DNA of 58,897 nt, from positions 1 through 58,897 of IMG/VR virus record IMGVR_UViG_3300014962_000007; one strand, given 5' to 3'. Below, one piece after another: positions 19,401-26,600 of the stretch (position 1 is the first letter of the stretch; each line of letters opens with the position of its first letter). A model generated the notes under the pieces. That model did no database searches. It was not told the DNA's origin and saw only the letters and a list, made by a program, of their open reading frames with translations. This DNA comes from a virus. Taxonomy: Duplodnaviria > Caudoviricetes. The translations under genes and the position numbers were made by a program.

Positions 19401-19972
19401 GTAGGTGCACCCAGCAAGGTGGCCATGCGGCGCTCTGCGCCTGTGACCCCTTTGGCTTCAGCGGATTCTCGCGCTTCACCTGCACCGGCAGCAATACCCA
19501 GACCTGCACCTGCGGCACGGCCAGCCAACCCCAAGGGGCCAAGGCCGAAGAACGGTAGGGTTGACCCCAGACCTTCGCCGAGGCGGCGACCCACTGAATC
19601 TTCGTACCCGGCAGCGGCCTCGAACGGCTTCTTGGCTACGCCAGCGATCTCTTTGATCTTTTCCCGTGCGGCCTTTTCGGTATCGTCTGGCAGCATGGCT
19701 GCGATACCAGTTCCTGCGGTTTCGAGCAGGCCAACAGCGCCGGGCACCACGCCCTTGAATGCTTCCTTGACGTTGCCACCGAAGGTGGTCTCAGGCTTTT
19801 CCTTCTGGGCACGTAGCTCATCGAGGCGCTGCTGGATGCGCGTGTCTTCGGCGTCCATCGACGGGGCGGACGTCTGCAAGCGCTTTGCAATCTGTGCCAA
19901 CCTACGCGCCGCGTCTACATCTCCCGCTGCATCTGCGTTACGCAGGGCGGTCAGCACATTTTGCAACTCCAT
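13436..19972 (-). CDS. large internal virion/ejection (polyvalent-type) protein with zincin-like metallopeptidase motif
   Basis: 2178 aa, last gene of the late operon; GSYD...LLHEATHA...DEFVSE (HExxH at 16616-16630); Gly/Ala hydrophobic N-region. Confidence 0.8.
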   Translation of the reverse strand: MELQNVLTALRNADAAGDVDAARRLAQIAKRLQTSAPSMDAEDTRIQQRLDELRAQKEKPETTFGGNVKEAFKGVVPGAVGLLETAGTGIAAMLPDDTEKAAREKIKEIAGVAKKPFEAAAGYEDSVGRRLGEGLGSTLPFFGLGPLGLAGRAAGAGLGIAAGAGEARESAEAKGVTGAERRMATLLGAPTGLLDILAPEIGPMKSIITTALARGGVEGATEAAQKLAQNLIAKGVYDPNQPVLAGTGEEGAYGAGVGAMASLILDLTLGRKARAAKPGEKPEAPPTTEAKTAEQQLLGYTPEPFTPVALPDGSVITSKAEYDQYIKSKEGAAAQRKEDLRTSDPLAGLSEFDRTLARRGKEAALAETFAQEPEKGQLDLPGVERADGTVEVPGRGRVTPKEAAAEELAADEVPSVEEQLGLDLQGGMTVDDLINEMYAEDARKAEKAKAEKERLKFESDLAELDGRIKAKEERTTQDKRLELLLPIVESDVGNIPKAFVQTLKREGFTNPNLTEREQNLIKRAYDLRLMEEPVAPEEPTVEQPKGQTEELEAQVPEKKVQREPEQMGFPGMGKPKGKAPEAFSEEELAGQEAPFTGRSGEAPRSHTSTEPFVTTLTAEVLDKTGLPKQSGFYKQLLNLDMADKANWPVMREVFGRVRTNANVKPATKQAIERMAMQAFGGMAKQQELFPTETKGAKKPAKEKPSEPSRGRGEKSGTDGGATGTRTADREPVVQKPAAAERPAGAKPTEKPESAGLGDRGQPVRDAGKREKVEPGALKETKTTYRVTYDGKPATVTITRTAEDPTKIDAVSIRVDGARLADVNLGKQGVVSDEKMLDNLLETDIIESKSEPKTKTKTNEAWEMLQRAEEAQRKADEAAKPKAETKKAAPKGDFGAYSSMQEQNPERALEDLAHDIFVATFPQRDVAKGLNDITAALVRGEMPDLKFGREGSGDFYPGTGGKYARAYYNSLNDAQKAKILQQLERFFIKEESMTRRGMGWFNAKQVLDRETRIQMDEDAELTADMVRVSLPLHPRVVAALKAGDVSAALNEFAGNMTSRSAKIARALAKAIGGVKVQIVDDLKSPSGRSLAGSYDATTNTIKLDSKFGLNPHALLHEATHAAVLKVLGNKGHAATKQLTDLFNTVKDSLGSAYGAKSLDEFVSEVFSNPEFQQTLAQINPKGEPISALRRFIRAVGNFLRNVMGMPTKGIDSALDSADVAIMQIVSPNNAPVGSMYEASLLGASKDVFKAMDAQVLSMPVMDNRVVGGIYEVLREKIPNLTKTTILRSLPLNALTDVAAKVIPMAKKLDTLEKQWGGAIDERRRAVDATYSNISKWTKGNPEKESALNDLVMQSTLEEVDPSKARDSYKGKSTKSDKDKQAVWDSLQAKWKALGPEGQAIYKQMRDAYAESHEQLINLLFSRIDSSVKDPKEAEKLRKEIYQRLAVKGKIEPYFPLMRQGDHWVTFNAKNADGQMEYYKVAFQNSVEQARAIRELKADPNVDVKSVQKSSPTGKRTYRDAPPTSFVNSIIKVLDANKVDPTVTDEIMRVFLDTLPESSFAQSFRSRLGTLGAMTDAADVFYSKSISMAHQLANLEYGAKMYKLRDEMQEYVDTKDRTEEARMLFDTMDRHIKSMVSPDISPFAKLTTSTAFGWTLGFNVSSALVNTTQLPMVVMPYLGGKYGYGDANKAIGAATRLFFGSGRKRKAKTVGGGDPVELTAGYSIDNYDFDALAKKKDLTDNEKAILDLRELAELSSQYGLLSRSMTSDVLESGAADGPLAKINAWSGFVFHHGERMNRQVSMVAAYRLELERMRKANGGKELTAQDRTAAAEEAIRSAELLNGGASANSAPLLAKNSIGKMVFMYKRYGVSMYYMLFKTTHDALIGEDPQVRAAAKRQIAGIYASTALLAGAQGIPMFGLVSALYNLFLKGDDDDDFETAARKYMGEGRFNGALNYLTGTAVANRIGLTDLLLHDTGYRDQDNAVLSFLQLFGGPVYGVGDRIIRGVKLIFDGETLRGLEQVAPAGFGNVIKGGRFLAEGTNTMRGDPIVGEVGLGHSLAQALGFAPAEYMRQLEENAVEKNVERRTLEKRTNLLRKYYVALRAGDGDAASDYMEELVKLGQKHPGLVTPTVIKNSLAQHMRTTATMYHGVTFNKLMRNELLANAAEFDRDVSIFDDDGE
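17641..17859 (-). CDS. nested overprinted gene, 72 aa, +1 frame inside the 2178-aa gene
   Basis: SD AAGGAG (17872-17867) 7 nt before GTG; MSQVEDVVRSQELTVEQLELALRIVNQSYKNQQPLSDLLVPSQLKSLSPLDWEIVDSLYVTLENERRWSRVH; GC-rich third codon positions move to this frame here. Confidence 0.7.
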   Translation of the reverse strand: MSQVEDVVRSQELTVEQLELALRIVNQSYKNQQPLSDLLVPSQLKSLSPLDWEIVDSLYVTLENERRWSRVH

Positions 19973-19973
19973 G

Positions 19974-21782
19974 TCACTTACCTTTCGTGTACTGGTCGAT
20001 CAGCGCCTGTTCTTCCTTTGAGACCGTCGCCGACGTAACACCCAGCTTAGAACGGTTCGATGCAATGACGGGTTCCATCGACTTTTGAATGGCACGCTTG
20101 GCTTGCTCGGCGCGAAGCTGCGCAGTTTCGAGTTCGGTCTTTTCTGCTGGTGACAGTTTATCCGCACCCTTCATCATCAGCATACCGATGCGGGGGTCTT
20201 TTTGCAGGGCTTCGTCGATCTCGCGAATCTGCGTGGCCACCAGACGTTCGGCGTTGGTCAGCGCGGCAGAAGCACGGCTCAGGTCAAGACCTTCACGCTG
20301 GATGCGGTTGGTCTCAGCACTGATCTGCGCCTTCATCATCTCGACACGGCGGTTGAGTTCGTGGTCACGTGCCTGCACGTCTGTACCGTACAGTGCTTGC
20401 GCCGAGCGTTGTGCATCGGAGCGGCCCATGCGGGTTTGCTCCAGTGCCTTGAGGCCACCCTCAATGCTGGGCTTGATGCCTTCACGCTCCAAACCGACCA
20501 GCCCCTCGCGGGATTTCTGCATCGACTCAAAGTCCTTGAGCTTGGCCTGACGCTGTTCTTCGTCGTAACCCATGGCGCTCTTGGCACCCCCAGCAAACTC
20601 ACCGTAGCGACGACCACCTGCACCCAGCAGATATTGTTTGAGACCTTCACGCCGCTGTCTTTCGGGGTCGTAGGTCTCATCAAACATCTTTTGACGCTGG
20701 GCGATACCTTGATCGAACACAGCACGCTGTTCGGGGGTCAGGGCGTAGGCTTGACGAATCTCATCCTGTATACGCTTGCGCTCGACCTCGGAGTCGCGGT
20801 TGTAGTCGGCCTGCAAGGATGCTTCCAAGCCAGCCGGTTTTGCAGCGGCAGGAAGACCCGCGATACCGAGGGCTGGAGTCGCAGGGGCAGCGGAGGCAGC
20901 AGGTGACATACCCGGAGCAGCGGCAGCAGGTGACATACCCGGAGCAGCGGCAGCGGGGGCAGCAACGGTTTCAGCAGGAGGGGTCTGCCCCAACATGCGT
21001 GGATCGTTGGCCATCGTCGGGCGCAGATTTGCGCCTTCTGCACGTACTGCCTGCATGTTGCGGTCACGCTCTTGGTTAAGCGCCGCTGAGCGGTCGGAAC
21101 CTCCAAGGGCGATGTTCATCCGATCAATTATGCTGCCTTGCGGGATTGTTCGGCGTTGCAAAGCCACGCCTGCACGCTGAAGCATAGCGTTTTCATCTGG
21201 AGTACGGTCGTGCGGGTCTTTGGCAAGGATGCGCTGCACTTCTTTGTCGGTAGAGCCCCCCTCGTCGAACGCCACAATACCGCCAGACGCCATAGCTTTC
21301 GGCTGCGCCGCCATAGCTGCGCCGGGAGCACGCGCAATGCCTCCCGCCATGGCCTGTTGCAGATTCTGTTGCTGTTGTTCTGCTTGGTGCTGCGCGGTTT
21401 CGCCGCGCTGCTGAGCCAACTCAGCTTTGGTCAGATCGTGCACTTCCTTCTCGCGTTGTTGCGCGATGGTCTGGGGCTCCATACCCTGAGCGGCCTGCTG
21501 CTGACCCATGGCCAACTGCATCTGGCGTGCAGCGGCTTCCTTCTCAGACTTGATCTTTTGGAGGGCCAGAAGATCGAGCAGGTCTTGCGACATCTGATAC
21601 CGCTGTTGCAAGGGTGCAGGGTTGCCACGGTATGCGGCAACGCGATCTTCGACCGAACCGAGCCCGGCCATAGGACTGGCCTTGTTGGGTGACGGCATCG
21701 GCTGTTGTGGTTGTTGCGGCTGTTGTGGTGCACGGCCTTGGGACATGAGGCCAGCGAGTCCTTGTGCGTTCGGCATTTGCAT
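19974..21782 (-). CDS. putative internal virion/ejection protein
   Basis: 602 aa, Gln/Ala-rich, helical; MASGG and FDEGG motifs; position among ejection genes. Confidence 0.7.
   Translation of the reverse strand: MQMPNAQGLAGLMSQGRAPQQPQQPQQPMPSPNKASPMAGLGSVEDRVAAYRGNPAPLQQRYQMSQDLLDLLALQKIKSEKEAAARQMQLAMGQQQAAQGMEPQTIAQQREKEVHDLTKAELAQQRGETAQHQAEQQQQNLQQAMAGGIARAPGAAMAAQPKAMASGGIVAFDEGGSTDKEVQRILAKDPHDRTPDENAMLQRAGVALQRRTIPQGSIIDRMNIALGGSDRSAALNQERDRNMQAVRAEGANLRPTMANDPRMLGQTPPAETVAAPAAAAPGMSPAAAAPGMSPAASAAPATPALGIAGLPAAAKPAGLEASLQADYNRDSEVERKRIQDEIRQAYALTPEQRAVFDQGIAQRQKMFDETYDPERQRREGLKQYLLGAGGRRYGEFAGGAKSAMGYDEEQRQAKLKDFESMQKSREGLVGLEREGIKPSIEGGLKALEQTRMGRSDAQRSAQALYGTDVQARDHELNRRVEMMKAQISAETNRIQREGLDLSRASAALTNAERLVATQIREIDEALQKDPRIGMLMMKGADKLSPAEKTELETAQLRAEQAKRAIQKSMEPVIASNRSKLGVTSATVSKEEQALIDQYTKGK
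20896..20954. repeat. 27-bp tandem duplication (AAAAPGMSP x2)
   Basis: GCAGCAGGTGACATACCCGGAGCAGCG repeated in tandem, in frame. Confidence 0.85.
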
Positions 21783-21790
21783 GGGTTACC

Positions 21791-22774
21791 TCAAGGCGTA
21801 GTGGTAGAAGGCGACCAGATTTTGGTGCCATTGATGTAGTAGTTCCCCTGCGGGTCGATCTGCGTCCCGTTCGAGTAATATTTCCATCCCGGCTGTGCGT
21901 TGGCTTGTTGCGACGTAGTTTCGACAGGTTTTGTAGTGTCCTCAGTAGAGAACAGGCGGTCGTACAAGTCCATGATCCCACCGGATTGACTCAAAATCTG
22001 AGAGAGCGCACTCGGCTGCGAGTACGAGTAGGTCTGCGCGGCCAGCGGCAGACCCTGAAGGAGTGACTGCATGTACTGCACTTGCTTGTACGGGTAGTCA
22101 CGTTCTTCTTTGAATTGGCCAAGATCAGCGGTGATGCCTTCTTGCTCGATGGCACGCTCCTGTGCGCCGAGGTCGGCCTGCTTTTGAAGTGCGGCCAGAC
22201 CAAAGTTTTGTGCAGCGGTTGTAGCCTGTAGCCCCTGATCTTGTTCACGATTGAACTGAGCCATGGCCTGATCGTAAGCCGTTTTGTACCCTTGCCCGGT
22301 GATGTTGGACAGGTTCGTCAGTAGGTTACGCTGATTCTCCGACTCCATCAGGGCACCGCGACCACCACCAAATGCACCGGCCTTGGTCAGTGCAGTGCGA
22401 TTTTGGAGGTTTTGGATTTGCGCCTGACGCTTGGCCTCTTCAATCTGCGGATCGAGGGCTGCGGTCAAGTAGGGGTTCATCAGGCGTTGCGCATCCCCAG
22501 CAGTAAACTGCGTGGGGGTAAACGCCTTCATCTGGTCGGTCGGGATGGTCAGCCCGGCGATGCCTTGAAACGCCGTCTGCTGTGTGCCCGAGGCCCCCGC
22601 CGTGAGGGGACCGGTATATGCTTGGTACGGTTGGTTTGCAAGCGCTTGGCCACGGCCAAGCATCTCGGTTACATACGGCCCCGCCCAGTTGGACAGGGAG
22701 GATTCGGTACCAGTCTGCTGCCCTACGCCGGTAGTTGCAGAGGCTGCGGTGGTGGTTGGAGTCGGATCAGCCAT
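21791..22774 (-). CDS. putative DNA-transfer/ejection protein
   Basis: 327 aa Gln/Ala/Gly-rich; MNPY..., AGAFGGGRGAL motif typical of podovirus pilot/ejection proteins. Confidence 0.7.
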   Translation of the reverse strand: MADPTPTTTAASATTGVGQQTGTESSLSNWAGPYVTEMLGRGQALANQPYQAYTGPLTAGASGTQQTAFQGIAGLTIPTDQMKAFTPTQFTAGDAQRLMNPYLTAALDPQIEEAKRQAQIQNLQNRTALTKAGAFGGGRGALMESENQRNLLTNLSNITGQGYKTAYDQAMAQFNREQDQGLQATTAAQNFGLAALQKQADLGAQERAIEQEGITADLGQFKEERDYPYKQVQYMQSLLQGLPLAAQTYSYSQPSALSQILSQSGGIMDLYDRLFSTEDTTKPVETTSQQANAQPGWKYYSNGTQIDPQGNYYINGTKIWSPSTTTP

Positions 22775-22782
22775 GTGCTACC

Positions 22783-23682
22783 TCACGAGGGGAGAAATTT
22801 GTTAGGGTTGACTTGTTTACCCTGCTTGGTCGTACCAGTACGAGCCTTACGAATCCTGTCCATCATCTCGTACAGGCGCTGGGCACCAGCTTCAGAGTTG
22901 CCATTGCCAAGGTGCCCGACGACATCAGCGGGGATGACAAACTCACCGTGACTCAACTTGGCCTCCTGACTACCGTCAATTCGTGCTGGAATTTTATCAG
23001 CCATGCCATCGGTTGCGCCACCCAAATATCGACCTTGCGCCAGTGCAGTGATACCCCCATGTGCGTATTTCGGCACGGGGACTTTTTCAATGACTTTGGA
23101 TGCGGCGGTGCCATCACGTGCGACATCCGATTCGGCCCCCCGCTCGGCAGCGGCTCGGGTAGGGGGGGGGGCTTGGCGTGCGGGGGTGTCTCGGTTCAAC
23201 GTAGCCAGCCCGGCAGCTTGCTCTTTGGCGGCAGCACGCGCCGCAGTAGCCGGTTCACCCGGCGCAGCGTAGGTCATGTCACTGAAATACCGCTGGCCCC
23301 CGCTACCGGGGCGACGGTTGGGGTCGTAGTGGCTACCAGCCACACCTTCTCGCACGGCCTCGTACGTAGGAATCTTGCCTTGGTAGCCGGTCTTGGGTTG
23401 TGCCTGCTGGCTTTGGTATGCGCCATACAACCCACCCGCCGCTGCCGCAACCTTCCTCCAGTCGGTCTGCCCGTTGGTCGTGAACTGCCCTTTGAGGAAA
23501 TTCAACGCCCCAGAGCCTGCCGACTTCAGGAAGTTGGAGATTGTGGAAATCGTGCCGGGGTCTTCGTACCCGATCTGTTGCAGAATGTCGGCGTTCGAGG
23601 GAGAGTCGGCATTGCTCCAGTCCGAGGTCGTCGAGGGGTCGATACCAATCGAGTCCCAGAACCAAGAATCATCTTCACCCAT
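22783..23682 (-). CDS. virion protein with C-terminal YAHGG...DKIPA...LSHGEFVIPADVV domain
   Basis: ATG 23682 after GAGGGG; C-terminal domain resembles the F/YAxGG...GEFV module of tape-measure proteins. Confidence 0.75.
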   Translation of the reverse strand: MGEDDSWFWDSIGIDPSTTSDWSNADSPSNADILQQIGYEDPGTISTISNFLKSAGSGALNFLKGQFTTNGQTDWRKVAAAAGGLYGAYQSQQAQPKTGYQGKIPTYEAVREGVAGSHYDPNRRPGSGGQRYFSDMTYAAPGEPATAARAAAKEQAAGLATLNRDTPARQAPPPTRAAAERGAESDVARDGTAASKVIEKVPVPKYAHGGITALAQGRYLGGATDGMADKIPARIDGSQEAKLSHGEFVIPADVVGHLGNGNSEAGAQRLYEMMDRIRKARTGTTKQGKQVNPNKFLPS

Positions 23683-23684
23683 TT

Positions 23685-26600
23685 TCAACCCCTCAAAATT
23701 TTCAACAGTTCTTCGTTTGCATCGAGGATGTCATCCCCCACTACGCCACCCTTGGCATACGCCCCATACGGAGATGCAAACATCTTTTCCTGCGACGGGT
23801 TAGCAAAAATGCTGTTCCAGTCGTAAATGTACCCAATCTTGGTCGGATCGGCAGCTTTTACCGTCACCTGCTGGCCGCTGACATCCGGTGCCTGTGTCAG
23901 CATCCCCATCATAGAGTTGAGGTTGCCCACACGCTGCGTCTTGAGCGCGGCAGCGGCTTGTGCCTGCCGCGTCTTTTCTGCGTCTGCGGCAGCGGCAGCT
24001 TGTGCGTCAGCAATAGCCTTTTGAGTGGCCGCTTGGTTGGTAGCCATCTGCCCGAACACATCTTTGAACCCAGCAGCAGACTCAGATCGCGCAAGTTGGA
24101 TCGCAGTATTGAGGTCAAACCCCTGCTGCTGCAACTGCGTGGCCAAGTCTTTTTGCCCCTGTGTAAGGGTGTCATACTTGGTTTGCACGTCCTGAGTAAG
24201 CCCAGAAATCTGGGTTTGTGTTTGCTGCTGCGCTTGCTGGATGGCCGTGTTGAGGTCGACGCCCTGCTGTTGCAGTTGTGCGGCCAGTGCTTTTTGTTCG
24301 GCAGTCAGTGCGTCGTACTTGGCCTGCACATCAGCGGAAATACCCGTGATCTGCGCTTTCAGGTTTGCCTCAGTCGTACCGATCTTGGTGAGAAGGTCAG
24401 TTTTGGTCGTGCCGAGGTTGTTGGCGACGGTCGTGACTGCTAAAGACAACGCATCGTCTCGCGCCAACCCAGCCTTCTCGTATGCAGCCATCTGGTCGGC
24501 GATGGCTTTCTGTACGTCGGTGACTTGTTGCTGCACCGCACCGATTTGCGTAGCGAACTGCGCCTTCAGATTTGCCTCAGTCGTGCCCATCTGCGCAAGC
24601 AGATCAGCTTTCGTGGTTCCGAGGTTACCGGCAACTTTGTCGATAGCGGCTTGGAGTGCAGCATCGCCTTGGAGCCCCGCAGCTTGCGCATCGGCGATGG
24701 CTTTCGTCAAGGACGCTTGCACGTTGCTGATCTGAGTCTGCACCCCTGCGATCTGTGTCGCAAACTGCGACTTCAGCGCAGCTTCCGTGGTGCCGATCTT
24801 GGCCAGCAAGTTTGCGGCAGTAGTGCCCTGATCCGCAGCTACTTTGTCGATCGCAGCCTTGAGCGCTGCGTCACCCGCGAGTCCTGAGGCCTTTGCGTCA
24901 GCAATCGCAGCCGTGAGCTTGGTATCCAGCCCAGAGATTTGCGTAGCGAACTGCGCCTTCAGATTTGCCTCAGTCGTGCCAAGGCGGGTAAGCAGTGAGG
25001 CAGTATCTGTCTTTTGGGTAGCTGCGACATCGCTGATCGCCTTTTGCAAGGCGGCGTCCCGAGTCATCCCGGCTTGCTCATTCTGGGCAACCTGTGTAAG
25101 GATGTCCGTCTTGGTCTTATCCAAGCTGGATTGCAGGGTCTTAATTTCTGTACCCAGTGCAGTCTGGACACCAGCAATCTTCGATGTCAGTGTGGCGGTA
25201 TCCGTCTTCTGTGAAGCGGCAACTGTCTCAATCGCTTTTTGCAGGGCGGCATCTCGCGTCATGCCCGACTGCTCGTTCTTGGCAACCTCGGCCAAGATGT
25301 CTTTTTCGGTCTGCGCCAGATCGGTTTGCAGCGTACCTACTTGCCCGGACAACTTTGATACATCACCGCCCAGCGCAGTAATCTGGCTGTTCAGGTCTTT
25401 CTTGATGGTCTCCAGCACGGCAGGGTCTACACCGGACTGTTTGGCCAGCGTATCAAGCTGCTCCATGATGGAGTTGTAGCGTGCGGGGTCGAGGTTGGCT
25501 TTGGCCTTACCCGCAAGTTCTGATTCAGAATACTGCCCAAGCAGTTTTTGCACATCCGCTTGCGTAGGCCTTTTAAGCCCCAGTGCGTCGTACGCCGCCT
25601 TGGCCTCACCCTCGTCTACCATTCGAGGGTCCACATACTCCCTAATTGCCTTGGCCTGTTCAGATTCATTGACCTGCCCGACAAACTGTTTGACTTCGGC
25701 ATCAGTAGACTTATAGCCAAGATCGGTGAGGTACTTGCGTGCCTCAGCCTCAGTGACCTGACGGGGGTTGACGTACTCACCAATCGCTGTAGCTTGGGCG
25801 GCTTCTGCTCTGGCCCCTACAAACTGATTGATTTCGGCATCGGTAGGGACGTACCCACGTTGCGCGAAGAACGACTTCGCCTCTTCAAATGTCGTGGCTG
25901 TAGGATCGAGTTGCGAGGCCAACTTGGCAGACAGCGCAGCTTCATCGCCCTGCTGTACATACTGCTGGGCTTGTGCTTCAGTCAACGTGACGCCTTCTTT
26001 TTTGGCAACCTCAATGACTTCTTTTGCGTCCAGTTTGTTCTGGTCCACAAACTTGTTGATGTTGGTGAACGTCGCGGTCGACGCTGGTTGGCCAACGAAC
26101 CCTTTAACGGTGTTGTCGTTCGGTACGAAGTTACTCGCACGAAAGATTTCGGCGACAGCAGATTCGGTGAGGACGTCCGTTGTGCGTGATACAGTTTGCG
26201 TACCATTCAACAGATCGCCCAATTTGACGTTCATGTCACCCAGATTGACCACAGAACGCAGATCAGCAACCGGCGTCAGCTTGGCCAGATCAGCGTTGGC
26301 GTTCGGATCGGCGAAGTTGGCAATACTGTTCGCAGTGAGGAGTTCTGCCAACGTGACATTCTGTCCAGTAGCATCTTTGGCCACGACCGAGTTGTAGGTC
26401 AGTGGGGTTACGCCGATTGAAGACTCGTCGCGCAACACCATAGACGCGTTGCGCACGTTGTTGAGCAGCGTGGCGGCGCTGGTTGAACCACCCACCGTAA
26501 CCGCGACACTGACAATAGTGTCACCAACGGCCCTTGCGTAATCTGCAAAGGTGGCGTTCTGCGCCAGACCGAACGAGGACACCTTGTCAAAGGTAAGTTG

